Shown here piece by piece: positions 1-9,862 of a stretch of DNA of 64,000 bases (its first letter is position 1; every line of letters starts with the position of its first letter). The notes below the pieces were generated by a model. The model searched no databases, had not been told where the DNA came from, and saw only the letters and a program-made list of their open reading frames with translations. The stretch comes from Minisyncoccota bacterium (GTDB taxonomy: Bacteria > Patescibacteriota > Minisyncoccia > Phycocordibacterales > JACRKE01). A program made the translations under genes and the position numbers. The DNA lies in the NCBI GenBank assembly GCA_041660505.1, contig JBAZWG010000001.1:477776-541775 (forward strand), written 5' to 3'.

Positions 1-759
1 CTTGCCTTCAAGAATGCCTCGGAAGGCGGTACCTATAATGCAGGTACGCGTATGGTCCAATGGTCGCGCCAGCTTGGTCCGCGCGAAGGTCACACCTTCA
101 TGATCCAAGTTCTCGCCCGCGATATCGCCGACAACATCGTCGTGACGAACAATGCCCAAATCTATGTGAACGGCAAGACCTACGCATCCAACGACACACA
201 AGTCTGCATCACTATAACACCGATAAAGCTTGAGATCACAGCCGACAAAGCTAATGTTGCGCCGGGCGATAACATCACTTACACCGTTCGTTACTCGAAC
301 GTTGACGGTGCACCGGTTCAGAACTTGAACTTGCGAATGTCTGTTCCTCAAGGTACGACTTTCGTCAGCTCCGACCATCAGAATATCCAAACACAGAACG
401 GCATGGTGAATCTTACTGTCGGCGGGCTCAACCCCAAGCAGGACGGTACCATAAGCCTTGCTCTCAAAGTAGATTCGAAGGTTAATAAAGACCAGCCGAT
501 TACGTTCACTGCGAACGCAAGCTTCCAGGACACTCAAGGTGTCCAACAGCCCGATGTGCTGGCCACTGTTAATACGCCGATCTCGGCCGAGAGCACGAAG
601 CTTAACACCGCAAGCGCCGTAAGTGTCGGCAGCTTCCTCCCCTCATCCTTACTCGGTTGGCTTGCCTTCATTCTCTTGTTCCTAATAATTATCCTCATAA
701 TTACTCGCATCTTGAGCGATTATAAGGGAGGCAAAGGCCATCCGCCCGCGACAGTGTAA
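1..759 (+). CDS. Surface/membrane-anchored protein with DUF11-like Ig repeat and C-terminal TM helix (5' partial)
   Basis: Frame is open from base 1; KLEITADKANVAPGDNITYTVRYSN...VPQGTTFVSSD matches the DUF11 pattern; hydrophobic C-terminal helix. Confidence 0.7.
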   Translation, partial: LAFKNASEGGTYNAGTRMVQWSRQLGPREGHTFMIQVLARDIADNIVVTNNAQIYVNGKTYASNDTQVCITITPIKLEITADKANVAPGDNITYTVRYSNVDGAPVQNLNLRMSVPQGTTFVSSDHQNIQTQNGMVNLTVGGLNPKQDGTISLALKVDSKVNKDQPITFTANASFQDTQGVQQPDVLATVNTPISAESTKLNTASAVSVGSFLPSSLLGWLAFILLFLIIILIITRILSDYKGGKGHPPATV

Positions 760-800
760 TAAAGAGTTGAAAGTAAAAAGTTATAAAGTTGAAAGTTGCA

Positions 801-833
801 CAAAAGCCTCGTTAATTCGGGGCTTTTGTTTTT
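801..833 (+). terminator. Intrinsic terminator-like hairpin
   Basis: CAAAAGCCTCG-TTAATT-CGGGGCTTTTG followed by a T run, downstream of the stop at 759. Confidence 0.55.
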
Positions 834-858
834 CGCATTTTGCGCTATGATTAGCCTT

Positions 859-1308
859 ATGGCGAAGCATACGACCAAAAGTTTGGAAGAGACCCATAAA
901 CTTGCTGCTGATTTTGTTTCGCGTCTCCCCAACTCCCAACTCCTAACTCCCAACTCCTGTCTCATCTTCGCTCTGCATGGCGACCTCGGCTCTGGCAAAA
1001 CGGCATTCGTGCAAGGTGTTGCAAAAGCGCTAGGCGTTAAGCATCATGTAACGAGTCCCACTTTTGTAATCCAAAAGCGTTATGAAATCCCAGATTTATC
1101 GAAAAATATTATTCATATAGACGCATACAGACTAGGCGAGGGAAGCGATATGAGCGCACTAAGATTTAATGAGACGCTCGCCGACCCGAATAATATCGTC
1201 TTCATTGAGTGGCCGAACATTGTAACAAGCGCCCTGCCCGAACATGCCATCCCGCTAAAATTCAAATTCATCGATGAGACTACGCGCGAGATAGAATTAC
1301 CAAACTAA
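859..1308 (+). CDS. tsaE: tRNA threonylcarbamoyladenosine biosynthesis ATPase TsaE
   Basis: LHGDLGSGKT P-loop, VTSPTF, HIDAYRL, IEWP motifs; ATG at 859 chosen. Confidence 0.93.
   Translation: MAKHTTKSLEETHKLAADFVSRLPNSQLLTPNSCLIFALHGDLGSGKTAFVQGVAKALGVKHHVTSPTFVIQKRYEIPDLSKNIIHIDAYRLGEGSDMSALRFNETLADPNNIVFIEWPNIVTSALPEHAIPLKFKFIDETTREIELPN
925..957 (+). repeat. CTCC(C/T)AA heptamer tandem array, in-frame in tsaE
   Basis: ctccccaactcccaactcctaactcccaactcc encodes LPNSQLLTPNS; related arrays at 2267, 21104, 59966. Confidence 0.85.
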
Positions 1309-1309
1309 T

Positions 1310-3691
1310 ATGAAAAAAGAAACAAAGACATTACTACTCCTAGATTCGCACGCGATCTTGCATCGGGCATATCACGCACTTCCGGACTTCCGCAGCGAGA
1401 ATGGGGAGCCGACCGGCGCGCTCTACGGCTTCGTCGCCTTCGTGCTTAAGGCCATCAAAGATCTAAAGCCGGACTATGTGGCCGCCTGCTTCGACTTGCC
1501 GGGGCCGACATTCAGGCACGAGGAATATAAAGAATACAAAGCAACACGAGCGAAGACAGAAGATGATTTGATATCACAGCTTAAAGTGGCAAGAGGCGTG
1601 GCCGAGGCGCTAGGTATACCGGTCTATGAACATCCCGGCTTCGAGGCGGACGATATGTTGGGCACGATCGTGAAGAAGGTCGCCGAGGAGAGACCTCTCT
1701 CTGGGGGACTCACCTCGGCGTGCAAGATTATTATTGCTTCGGGCGATATGGATACTTTGCAACTGGTGAAAGACGATGATGTGGTGGTCTATACTTTAAA
1801 AAAGGGATTGAACGATACAGTTATATATAATGAGAAGGCGGTAGAAGAAAGATTCGGCTTTAAGCCCAAGCTCTTACCGGATTATAAAGGCTTGCGCGGG
1901 GATGCTTCCGATAATATCATCGGCGTTAAGGGGATTGGCGAGAAGACGGCAGAAGAATTAATTCAGAAGTTTGGCACGATAGAAAATATAATGAAGAAGG
2001 CGAAGACGCATCACGACGAACTGCTCGAGGCGGGAATCAAAGAGCGGATTATCGGCCTGCTCAAGACCAACGAAGATGAGGCGTTATTCTCCAAGATGCT
2101 GGCGACAATCCGCGATGACGCGCCGATTGATTTTAAACTACCGGAGAAGACTTGGCGAGAGGGAGTTGATATTGAAAAGGTTGAGGCAATGTGCAAGCAG
2201 TATAGCTTCCGGACTTTGGCGGGGCGGATACGAGAGGCGGTTGCTGGAACAGGAGATAGGGTGAATTCCCCAACTCCCAACTCCCAACTCCCAACTCCTC
2301 CCAACTTTAAAAAGCTCCAGATAATGGCATGGCTCGTTGACTCCAGCGCGACCGATCCGGAAATTGAGAAAGTTCTGGAAGTTGCCGGTGTTAGTGACGT
2401 TGGTGAAGTCGAGGCCGTGCTCATGAAGAAAATTCATGAGGCCAAGCTCGAGAAAGTTTTAAACGATATTGAGTTGCCGCTTGTTCCAATCATTGACGCG
2501 GCGGAGAAGTGCGGCATCTTGGTGAGTAAAAAGAAACTCGCCGACTTGTCGGAAGAGTATCACATTCATACGGCGCGATTAGAGAAGCAGATTCATGATT
2601 TAGCTGGCAAGGAGTTTAACATCAGCTCGCCGAAACAGATGGGCGAGGTGCTCTTCGATACGCTCAAGCTTGAGGTGAAGGGGCTTAAGAAGACTGCCGG
2701 CGGCGCCCGCTCAACCAAGGAGTCAGAGCTAGACAAGCTCAAGGACCTGCACCCGATAATCAATAAAATTCTAGAATACAGAGAATACAAAAAGCTTCTC
2801 TCGACATATATAGACGCTATACCCAAACTCTTGGATAAAGAAGGCAGATTACATACGACACTCGTGCAGGCCGGCACCACGACAGGCAGAATGTCTTCGA
2901 ATAACCCGAATCTGCAAAACATCCCGATAAAGACCGAGCTTGGCCGGGCGATACGTGAGGCCTTCATTGCACCCAAAGGGACGGAACTTCTCGCGCTAGA
3001 TTATTCGCAGATAGAGTTGCGCGTAGCGGCAGCGCTATCGGGTGATGAGAAATTACTTAAGATATTCAAAGAAGGCGGGGATGTGCACGCCTCGGTGGCA
3101 TCTCTCGTCTTCGGCGTCCCGCCGGATAAAGTGGATCACGAGATGAGGCGCAAGGCCAAGGTCATCAACTTCGGCATCATCTACGGTATGGGCGTGAATG
3201 CGCTTAAGACCAACTTGGGCACTACGCGCGAAGAGGCCCAGCAATTCCATGACGCTTACTTCGAGCAGTTTAAACAGCTGGGTGAATATCTGGATAATAT
3301 TCTGGCCGAGACCAAACATACTAAATATACGACGACTCTCTATGGAAGGCGCCGATACTTCAAGAATATCAACTCCCGTATGCCCCAGCTCCGGGCGATG
3401 GAGGAGAGGATGGCCGGCAATGCACCGCTCCAAGGTACCGCCGCCGATATTATCAAGCTCGCGATGATCAAAGCGGAACACGAATTAAAGAAAGCACATT
3501 TACACGACGACGCGAAGCTTCTCCTGCAAGTTCATGATGAATTGATCTATGAAGTGAAAAAAGAAAAGGTAGAAGAAGTCGCGAAAGTTATTAAACAAGC
3601 GATGGAAACGGCGTCAGACATCAAATGCCCGATAATAGCCAACGTTTCCAAAGGCCCAAGCTGGGGCGAGATGAAGAAACTAAATATTTAG
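1310..3691 (+). CDS. polA: DNA polymerase I (5'-3' exonuclease + polymerase; reduced 3'-5' exo region)
   Basis: LLDSHAILHRAYHA, EADD, SGDMD, TGRMSSNNPNLQNIP, DYSQIELR, KVINFGIIYG, LLQVHDEL. Confidence 0.97.
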   Translation: MKKETKTLLLLDSHAILHRAYHALPDFRSENGEPTGALYGFVAFVLKAIKDLKPDYVAACFDLPGPTFRHEEYKEYKATRAKTEDDLISQLKVARGVAEALGIPVYEHPGFEADDMLGTIVKKVAEERPLSGGLTSACKIIIASGDMDTLQLVKDDDVVVYTLKKGLNDTVIYNEKAVEERFGFKPKLLPDYKGLRGDASDNIIGVKGIGEKTAEELIQKFGTIENIMKKAKTHHDELLEAGIKERIIGLLKTNEDEALFSKMLATIRDDAPIDFKLPEKTWREGVDIEKVEAMCKQYSFRTLAGRIREAVAGTGDRVNSPTPNSQLPTPPNFKKLQIMAWLVDSSATDPEIEKVLEVAGVSDVGEVEAVLMKKIHEAKLEKVLNDIELPLVPIIDAAEKCGILVSKKKLADLSEEYHIHTARLEKQIHDLAGKEFNISSPKQMGEVLFDTLKLEVKGLKKTAGGARSTKESELDKLKDLHPIINKILEYREYKKLLSTYIDAIPKLLDKEGRLHTTLVQAGTTTGRMSSNNPNLQNIPIKTELGRAIREAFIAPKGTELLALDYSQIELRVAAALSGDEKLLKIFKEGGDVHASVASLVFGVPPDKVDHEMRRKAKVINFGIIYGMGVNALKTNLGTTREEAQQFHDAYFEQFKQLGEYLDNILAETKHTKYTTTLYGRRRYFKNINSRMPQLRAMEERMAGNAPLQGTAADIIKLAMIKAEHELKKAHLHDDAKLLLQVHDELIYEVKKEKVEEVAKVIKQAMETASDIKCPIIANVSKGPSWGEMKKLNI
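1681..1720. repeat. AGG-N5-CCT palindromic element, in-frame in polA
   Basis: cgccgaggagagacctctctctgggggactcacctcggcg; near-identical core at 30015 and 54414. Confidence 0.85.
2267..2306 (+). repeat. CTCCCAA heptamer tandem array, in-frame in the polA linker
   Basis: ccccaactcccaactcccaactcccaactcctcccaact encodes SPTPNSQLPTPPN. Confidence 0.85.
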
Positions 3692-4141
3692 AATTCTGAA
3701 CAGGGCGATGCCGGTGGCCACGGACACATTGAGCGATTCTTTCTTTCCTTTCATCGGGATTTCTATAATGCTGTCACATTGGTCTAGGATGTCTTGCGTG
3801 ATGCCGAATCTCTCTTCGCCGATTATTAAAGCCGTTTTTCCTGACGATTTGAAGGTTTTATAGTCTACGGAATTCTCGGCTTGCTCAAGCGCGACGATAT
3901 TAAAACACTCCTCCCTAAGTTGCGCTATCGCGTAGGATAGGGAGGGGTGTTGTTCCCAAGAAACAGACTTCTCGGCGCCTAATGCCGTCTTCGTAATATC
4001 CTTTCGTATACTGCCGAAGCGGTCTAATGGGGATGGGGTGTAGCCGGTCAGGTATATTTTAGAAACCCCGGCAGCATCTGCGGTGCGGAATATCGCCCCG
4101 ACGTTATAAACACTGCGGATGTTATGAAGAATGAGGATCAT
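3680..4141 (-). CDS. TrmH/SpoU family RNA 2'-O-methyltransferase
   Basis: LHNIRSVYNVGAIFRTADAAG, IIGEERFG, IPMKGKKESLNVSVA SPOUT motifs. Confidence 0.9.
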   Translation of the reverse strand: MILILHNIRSVYNVGAIFRTADAAGVSKIYLTGYTPSPLDRFGSIRKDITKTALGAEKSVSWEQHPSLSYAIAQLREECFNIVALEQAENSVDYKTFKSSGKTALIIGEERFGITQDILDQCDSIIEIPMKGKKESLNVSVATGIALFRILNI

Positions 4142-4232
4142 GACAGAATTAAAGAATTTAGGAATTAGAGAATAATACAGTAAAATCAAGAATAGACAAG
4201 CGGGTCTAAAACTGGTATTATTTCGAAACTTC

Positions 4233-4305
4233 GCGCTCGTAGCTCAGTTGGTAGAGCAGCTCCCTTTTAAGGAGATGGTCGAGGGTTCGATTCCCCCCGA
4301 GCGCA
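4233..4305 (+). tRNA. tRNA-Lys(TTT)
   Basis: GCGCTCG acceptor, AGCTCAGTTGGTAGAGC D-arm, CTTTTAA loop, GGTTCGATTCC T-arm; CCA not encoded. Confidence 0.95.
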
Positions 4306-4309
4306 TAAA

Positions 4310-5065
4310 CTAGAGTTCCAGCACGAAGCGTTCTAACGATGTTTCGAAATCGGTGAGACCCCTGCGGGCTTTATGGTAGATATTAATAAGCTTCAATGAC
4401 AGATGGGGTAGTTCTTCTGCGCGATAATTTCTAAGCAAGGGTTTTATTTTGCGAATCTGCCAGTCCTGTAAAGAGCTTTTATCCATCGGCGTCATTTTGG
4501 CAACCATAAGCATATTTTTGAGCTGCCATGTCAGCTTCCAAAATAATTCTTCTGCTGGCAAGCCGGCGGTAAGCGCCGTTTCGTACTCGACCCACAGCTT
4601 TTTCTTATCTCGCAGGCCGAAGGCGTCGCTAAAGCGGTAGATGTTGTAACCGGCGAAGATCGGATGAGACACTTTGACCTCGCGCGCGCCGGCATATCCT
4701 GCCGGCTCTGCTTTCATGAATTTATTAAGCTTGGCGCCGGCAGATTCCAGTTTCGCGAGTGGTTCTTTGGTCAACGAGCCGTCTACAATAATTACGTCGT
4801 GCGACGACGTTTGCAGATGGGGGATTAGATGGATGAGCAGTTCACGCCCTGTCGCAGTCTCGCAAAAGTAGCGCAACAAAATGAGATATGTCTCGCCAAA
4901 GAGACTTGTACTTGCCGCGAAATTTTTTATTTTTTCGGCATTTTCTTCGCTCGCCTCGAACTGGACGACCTGAATATCCGGTTGTTTCTTGACGAGTTCG
5001 TCGAGCTGAACACGAGCCTTGGCCTGCACTTTGTCCCGATCGGAACCGTAAAAAATCGTAATCAT
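4310..5065 (-). CDS. holA: DNA polymerase III delta subunit-like
   Basis: MITIFYGSD start, SLFGETYLIL, YNIYRFSDAFGLRDKKKLW, LERFVLEL C-terminus are typical of HolA. Confidence 0.75.
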   Translation of the reverse strand: MITIFYGSDRDKVQAKARVQLDELVKKQPDIQVVQFEASEENAEKIKNFAASTSLFGETYLILLRYFCETATGRELLIHLIPHLQTSSHDVIIVDGSLTKEPLAKLESAGAKLNKFMKAEPAGYAGAREVKVSHPIFAGYNIYRFSDAFGLRDKKKLWVEYETALTAGLPAEELFWKLTWQLKNMLMVAKMTPMDKSSLQDWQIRKIKPLLRNYRAEELPHLSLKLINIYHKARRGLTDFETSLERFVLEL

Positions 5066-5180
5066 AGTATGAAAAATAAATTTGCTGCATCACGAGAACA
5101 CGGATATTTTTCTGCTGAAAAATTCCTCGTGTTCGCGCCGACCGCGCTCGCAAGTTTCTCGAGACGCACAATTTTATTTT

Positions 5181-5669
5181 TCATAGCCAACGACGAACTT
5201 TTTCTGTATATCGTTTGTAGCGCTCGCCGAATTTGCGCGAGAGATAATGTTCTTCCGGGATTACGACCAAATAGTCGAGGATGGCGTATTGAGCAATATC
5301 GAGAATAATAAGCCAGAGCGTCCCAACCCACAGCCCGATACCGAAGGTCAAAATTAGAAAAGCAAGATACATTGGATTACGGCTGTATTCATGCGGGCCG
5401 GTTATGACCAAGTCAGTGGTCGCGCGTGTCGGATTGGAATGAGTACCGACGTTTTTGAATGTTACATCCGACCACCAGAGGATAAGCATTGCGCCGATAG
5501 TAAGCATAAAGCCGATGCCTCTAAAGAACGAAGATGCAATGACCGGCAAGGGGAAGAGGAACTGCATCAGGAGGCCGAAAGCGATGGTCGCAGTGACGAC
5601 GACGGGCGGGTAAATCTTCACGTGAGGTACGTCGTGATGAGTATTTGGTTGATGAGTTTCGTTGTCCAT
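5181..5669 (-). CDS. Isoprenylcysteine carboxyl methyltransferase / PEMT family membrane protein
   Basis: LVITGPHEYSRNPMYL and EEHYLSRKFGERYKRYTEKVRRW. Confidence 0.9.
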   Translation of the reverse strand: MDNETHQPNTHHDVPHVKIYPPVVVTATIAFGLLMQFLFPLPVIASSFFRGIGFMLTIGAMLILWWSDVTFKNVGTHSNPTRATTDLVITGPHEYSRNPMYLAFLILTFGIGLWVGTLWLIILDIAQYAILDYLVVIPEEHYLSRKFGERYKRYTEKVRRWL

Positions 5670-5678
5670 ATGTGTATT

Positions 5679-5879
5679 CTATTGCGTATTTGTCGAAGAG
5701 GCAAGCGGATGGAGGAGTGTGCCGAACGATTCGCCTGTGCCTAGTGGAGCGGGGGAGGTGAGGAAGGCGCCGGGATGTTCACGTTCATACTTGGCCGGGC
5801 CGCCGATAGCCAGCCAGACGAAGAACATTGCGATCATTAGCGCAACGAATCCCAATAAAAATGCTCCGGCCTCGTTCAT
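5679..5879 (-). CDS. Small membrane protein, hypothetical
   Basis: 66 aa, one N-terminal TM helix, co-oriented in operon. Confidence 0.6.
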   Translation of the reverse strand: MNEAGAFLLGFVALMIAMFFVWLAIGGPAKYEREHPGAFLTSPAPLGTGESFGTLLHPLASSTNTQ

Positions 5880-5950
5880 ATTTTAACAGAATTATTGAAT
5901 AAAGAATTTTGGAATTTAAGATCTTTAATTCTCAAATTCCTCAATTCCGT

Positions 5951-6775
5951 TTAATGCTGGTGCTTCGGGCAGAAGTGTGTTGAGCGACTGCCTAATACTA
6001 TGCGCTTTATTATACCACCACAGCCCTTCTTTTTGCACGCCTCGCCCGTCATGCGATATGCCATATGATGATTTTGAAAGCCGCCCTTCTCGCCGTAGAT
6101 ATTGCGGTAGTCTGATTTAGAATCACCGCCGAGTTTAATCGATTTAGTCAGAATCTTGCGCATTGATTTTAATATCGCACCGGATTCTGCTGGGGATACA
6201 TCTTTTGCTTTTCGCGTCGGGATAATCCCTGCGTCCCATAACGACTCATCGGCGTAGATATTGCCGATACCGGATATTATAGTCTGATCCAGCAGGGCGA
6301 GTTTGATAGGCAGATTCGGTCGGCGTAATAAACGCGCGAGCAAAACTTTCAACGTAAGTTTTTTATCAAAAGGGTCGGGGCCGAGTGTTTTAAGTGTCTC
6401 GTGCTCATGAAGTTTAGAAGTTTCGATAAGTTCGACTCGGCCGAATTTACGCAGGTCGGAGAAAGAAAGCTCGTGCCCTTTCGACAAGAAAAATCTCTGG
6501 TGAATATATTTAGAGTTCGGTCGGTCGAAGAGCAGTTGGCCGGTCATTTTCATATGAACGCGCAAGGTCATTCCGCCGGAGAGATGAATTAAAACATTTT
6601 TCGCCTGACGCGATACTGAAAGAAACTTTTTGCCTATCAGTAATTTCTTAAAGTCTTTGAAATTGTGACCCTTGATCTGCTTGGGCCAGCCCGTCCAAAC
6701 GTCAGTAATAACAAGCCCGGGCAACACCGCATTAAGCCCTGTAACAGTGGTATGTACTTCAGGCAGTTCCGGCAT
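5951..6775 (-). CDS. mutM: Formamidopyrimidine-DNA glycosylase
   Basis: MPELPEV start, HMKMTG, LLDQ..SGIGNIYADE, C-terminal zinc finger. Confidence 0.96.
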   Translation of the reverse strand: MPELPEVHTTVTGLNAVLPGLVITDVWTGWPKQIKGHNFKDFKKLLIGKKFLSVSRQAKNVLIHLSGGMTLRVHMKMTGQLLFDRPNSKYIHQRFFLSKGHELSFSDLRKFGRVELIETSKLHEHETLKTLGPDPFDKKLTLKVLLARLLRRPNLPIKLALLDQTIISGIGNIYADESLWDAGIIPTRKAKDVSPAESGAILKSMRKILTKSIKLGGDSKSDYRNIYGEKGGFQNHHMAYRMTGEACKKKGCGGIIKRIVLGSRSTHFCPKHQH

Positions 6776-6840
6776 AATGGTTATATAAAAACTCAAAAAT
6801 CAAAGTTCAAAATTTTGATATTTGATATTTAATCTTTGAT

Positions 6841-8169
6841 CTAAGTAAGTTTCATCGCACGCAATATTTCTTCTTGCGCTACTTCGTAGTCGCTCCATGG
6901 TTCTTTAGTGCCATTCGTGCCCATGATGTACGGGTCGGTGCCTTTGCCGGAGATTAAGACCACATTATTTTTCTTCGCCTCGGCTATTGCCGCTCTTATC
7001 GCTTCGCGTCTGTCCATTATGATGCGATATTTGCGGCGGCCCATACCCTTTGCTATTTCCTCAACTATCGTTTGCGGGTCTTCGTCATACGGATCTTCAT
7101 TGGTCAGAATGATTGTATCGCAATATTCTGCCGCTATCTTGCCCATCTGTGGACGCTTCCATTTATCCCGCCCGCCCCCGCACGAGCCAAGCACGCAAAT
7201 CTTGTGTGAATTAGGGAAAACTTTATATAACTTCTCTAAAGAGTCGGCAGTATGGGCGTAGTCCACTATTACAGTATAAGGCGGCTCGATGCGACCGGCA
7301 GGGAACTTGGCGCGCACCTCCTCGGGGAAGCGCGATGGATCGATAACCACTTTCTCCAGCCGGCCCGGGACGCCTTGGAACTTCTCGATGGCGCGCTTAA
7401 TAACGTCCGGTGCGATACCCTGACTTTTCGCGAACATGGCGGCGGCCAAGATGTTGTAAGCGTTGAACTCGCCGGCGAGTTTCGTCACAATTCTTTCTCT
7501 AAAAATATTTAATTCTGAAGAATCTTCTTTGAGGGTGAATGGTTTGGCATCGCCGATATTGTAAGCCACCTTTTGGGGCACATTAATAGCTAAAAATTTG
7601 TCAGAGTCCTGACTGTCTTTGTTCACCACCAAGACTTTATTCTTCTTCCATGATTTCTCGAGTGAGTGGGCGATGGCGAGCTTGGCGGCCAGATAATTTT
7701 CATACGAGCCGTGCGACTCGATATGTTCCGGGGAGATGTTCGTAAATATTAATGCATCGAGCGAGATGAACTTATGGCGGAACTGTTGGGCGCCGTTACT
7801 GGTCATCTCGACAACCGCCCAGTCGCACTTCTCCTCAACCGCTTGGCGCAAGAAATTTTGCAGGAACGATCTGCCCGGCATCGTCATCTTGAACATGTTG
7901 CGTTCGGACTCTTTACCAATCTTGAAGCGCAGGGTAGAAGCTAGAGCGGTTTTATAGCCAGCTTCTTCTAATATCGCAGAGACCAGTTCTGCCGTCGTTG
8001 TCTTACCCTTGGTGCCCGTTATCGCCACCACTTTTATTTTGCGCGAAGGGAATTTGTAACGAGCGGCACCCCAGACAGCCAAAAGATAATGGTAAATAGG
8101 CTGGCCGGCCCGGAAAAGCTTCTCGGGTATGAACTTCCTAAATCTATTCAGGCTTTCATCGGTATCCAT
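6841..8169 (-). CDS. murE: UDP-N-acetylmuramyl-tripeptide synthetase (MurE family)
   Basis: ITGTKGKTTT, FTNISPEHIESH, VPGRLE, VDYAHT, GGGRDKWKRPQMG, EDPYDED, SGKG. Confidence 0.9.
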   Translation of the reverse strand: MDTDESLNRFRKFIPEKLFRAGQPIYHYLLAVWGAARYKFPSRKIKVVAITGTKGKTTTAELVSAILEEAGYKTALASTLRFKIGKESERNMFKMTMPGRSFLQNFLRQAVEEKCDWAVVEMTSNGAQQFRHKFISLDALIFTNISPEHIESHGSYENYLAAKLAIAHSLEKSWKKNKVLVVNKDSQDSDKFLAINVPQKVAYNIGDAKPFTLKEDSSELNIFRERIVTKLAGEFNAYNILAAAMFAKSQGIAPDVIKRAIEKFQGVPGRLEKVVIDPSRFPEEVRAKFPAGRIEPPYTVIVDYAHTADSLEKLYKVFPNSHKICVLGSCGGGRDKWKRPQMGKIAAEYCDTIILTNEDPYDEDPQTIVEEIAKGMGRRKYRIIMDRREAIRAAIAEAKKNNVVLISGKGTDPYIMGTNGTKEPWSDYEVAQEEILRAMKLT

Positions 8170-8172
8170 AAA

Positions 8173-8760
8173 TTATTTACCAATTTGCTTCAAGGCCTCT
8201 TTGATACGTTTATTAAGACCGGTCACGTCTGCCGGGACTTTTTGCAATGCTTCTCGCGCCTCTGTGTGCGCGTAACCGAGCGCTATCAAAGCAGAAAGCG
8301 CGTCTCTATCTTCATTCATAAGCGGGCTATCGGCCAAATCTCCGCCCAGACTTGTTATTTTATCTTTGAGCTCCAGTACGATTTTATCCGCGATTTTTTT
8401 GCCGATACCGGAGACTTTCGTCAGATATGAAGCGTCGTTAGATAGAACGGCGCGCTTAAGGGTAGTGGCGGGAGCGGCAGAGAGCACGGCCAGCGCCTTC
8501 TTGGGGCCGATGCCAGAGATGCTTATTATAAGTTCGAATAATGCTCGCTCGTCGGTCGTCAAGAAGCCGTAAAGATCCAGCGCATCCTCGCGAACGACGA
8601 GATAAGTAAAGAGCCGGGCCGGCTCGCCTAGATCCTTGGCCGATTGCAGGGTTGCTAATGTCTCCGGCAGGCAGAAAACCCGCAAACCAAGGCCGCCAAG
8701 GCTGATAACAGCCGCTTTTTCTTCAATATTCAGAACAGTTCCCTCAATCTGCGCAATCAT
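8173..8760 (-). CDS. ruvA: Holliday junction branch migration protein RuvA
   Basis: VREDALDLYGF, ISGIGPKKAL, VSGIGKKIADKIVLELKDK, ALIALGY. Confidence 0.96.
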   Translation of the reverse strand: MIAQIEGTVLNIEEKAAVISLGGLGLRVFCLPETLATLQSAKDLGEPARLFTYLVVREDALDLYGFLTTDERALFELIISISGIGPKKALAVLSAAPATTLKRAVLSNDASYLTKVSGIGKKIADKIVLELKDKITSLGGDLADSPLMNEDRDALSALIALGYAHTEAREALQKVPADVTGLNKRIKEALKQIGK

Positions 8761-8809
8761 GATGTAATACTACACCAAGGTTGCCTTTTTAACAAAAACT
8801 GTGCATTTC

Positions 8810-8845
8810 GAGGTTCGACCTTAAGCATCAAAAAGGTCGAACCTC
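8810..8845. repeat. AGG-N5-CCT palindromic element (intergenic)
   Basis: gaggttcgacctt-aagcatcaaa-aaggtcgaacctc; same family at 27204, 54095, 63824. Confidence 0.85.
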
Positions 8846-8889
8846 TGGAAGTTGCATTTAGCCATGTTTTCTGGTAGTATTTCGGGATT

Positions 8890-9150
8890 ATGGCAATCAC
8901 CGCATCAGCAAAAAAGGCTATCAGGAACTCCAAGCGCAAGCACGAGGTCAACTTGAAGCACAAGAAAAGCGTCACCGATGTCCGCAAAGACATAGAGAAA
9001 TTGGTGGCCAAGAAAGACCTTAAGGCCGCTGTAGCGCTCCTCCCCAAGGCCTATCAGGCAATCGACAAATCAATGAAGCTCGGGCTACTTAAGAAAAACA
9101 CCGCCGCCCGCCGAAAATCTCGCCTAGCCAGACTAGTCAGCGCGAAATAA
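8890..9150 (+). CDS. rpsT: 30S ribosomal protein S20
   Basis: MAITASAKKAIR...AIDK...KKNTAARRKSRL. Confidence 0.96.
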   Translation: MAITASAKKAIRNSKRKHEVNLKHKKSVTDVRKDIEKLVAKKDLKAAVALLPKAYQAIDKSMKLGLLKKNTAARRKSRLARLVSAK

Positions 9151-9154
9151 ATTT

Positions 9155-9196
9155 AAAAAAACAAAAAGGACCCTAATAGGGTCCTTTTTGTTTTTT
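9155..9196. terminator. Bidirectional intrinsic terminator
   Basis: AAAAAAACAAAAAGGACCCT-AAT-AGGGTCCTTTTTGTTTTTT between convergent genes. Confidence 0.85.
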
Positions 9197-9641
9197 ATAC
9201 CTCCCCCTCCTTGCTCTTAGCTAATGCTGCCACCAAAATTTTTAATCTCTTTTTATCCCTTTCTAAAAAGTTCCTCTGATTTCTTAGCCAACTCTCCTTG
9301 TTAAATCCCGGTTCCATTATTACCGGCATATCGTTTACCCGTGCCTCTGACTGCCTTACTTCTGTCTCTTTATGATTGACCCAATCCTGCAACTTCTCCA
9401 TGTTCCCCTTGCTCTCTTGCAATGTTTTGCCTATGAGTGCATCATTTATCTTTGCCAACGGCCTACTTTGTAATTCGGTAATCACCGAACTTAGATTCAG
9501 GCCCATTCTATCTAGATGCTCCAGTGTTTTTACTACATTCTCTAAGTCATCCGCCATACCTTCTAACTTCCGGCTGTCATTTTCCATCAAATCTTCCACC
9601 GAGTGTTCCTCGTTTGAATCATAAGAATCTTCGATTCCCAT
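9195..9641 (-). CDS. Hypothetical coiled-coil protein
   Basis: 148-aa ORF, charged and helical, no recognised motif. Confidence 0.6.
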   Translation of the reverse strand: MGIEDSYDSNEEHSVEDLMENDSRKLEGMADDLENVVKTLEHLDRMGLNLSSVITELQSRPLAKINDALIGKTLQESKGNMEKLQDWVNHKETEVRQSEARVNDMPVIMEPGFNKESWLRNQRNFLERDKKRLKILVAALAKSKEGEV

Positions 9642-9722
9642 AAGTATTTATTTACCTAATATGCACCTCACTTTACCCCCCCCACGAAATTTGCAAGGGT
9701 AGGGTGGGGAAAAGCGGAAAAC

Positions 9723-9757
9723 AGAAACTCGGTTTCTCAAGAGAAAACCGAGTTTCT
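9723..9757. repeat. Palindromic element (AAA-CTCGG-TTT variant), may also act as tRNA terminator
   Basis: agaaactcggttt-ctcaagaga-aaaccgagtttct; related to 55056-55098. Confidence 0.7.
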
Positions 9758-9772
9758 AAAGCCTAAAATTTT

Positions 9773-9847
9773 TGGTGCTCCCGGCAGGAATCGAACCTGC
9801 ATCTGATCCTTCGCAGGGATCTGTCCGGTCCATTGAACGACGGGAGC
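9773..9847 (-). tRNA. tRNA-Arg(GCG)
   Basis: GCTCCCG...GATCC-CTGCGAA-GGATC...GGTTCGATTCCTGCCGGGAGC-A-CCA. Confidence 0.93.
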
Positions 9848-9862
9848 GGTGAAACAATTTGC

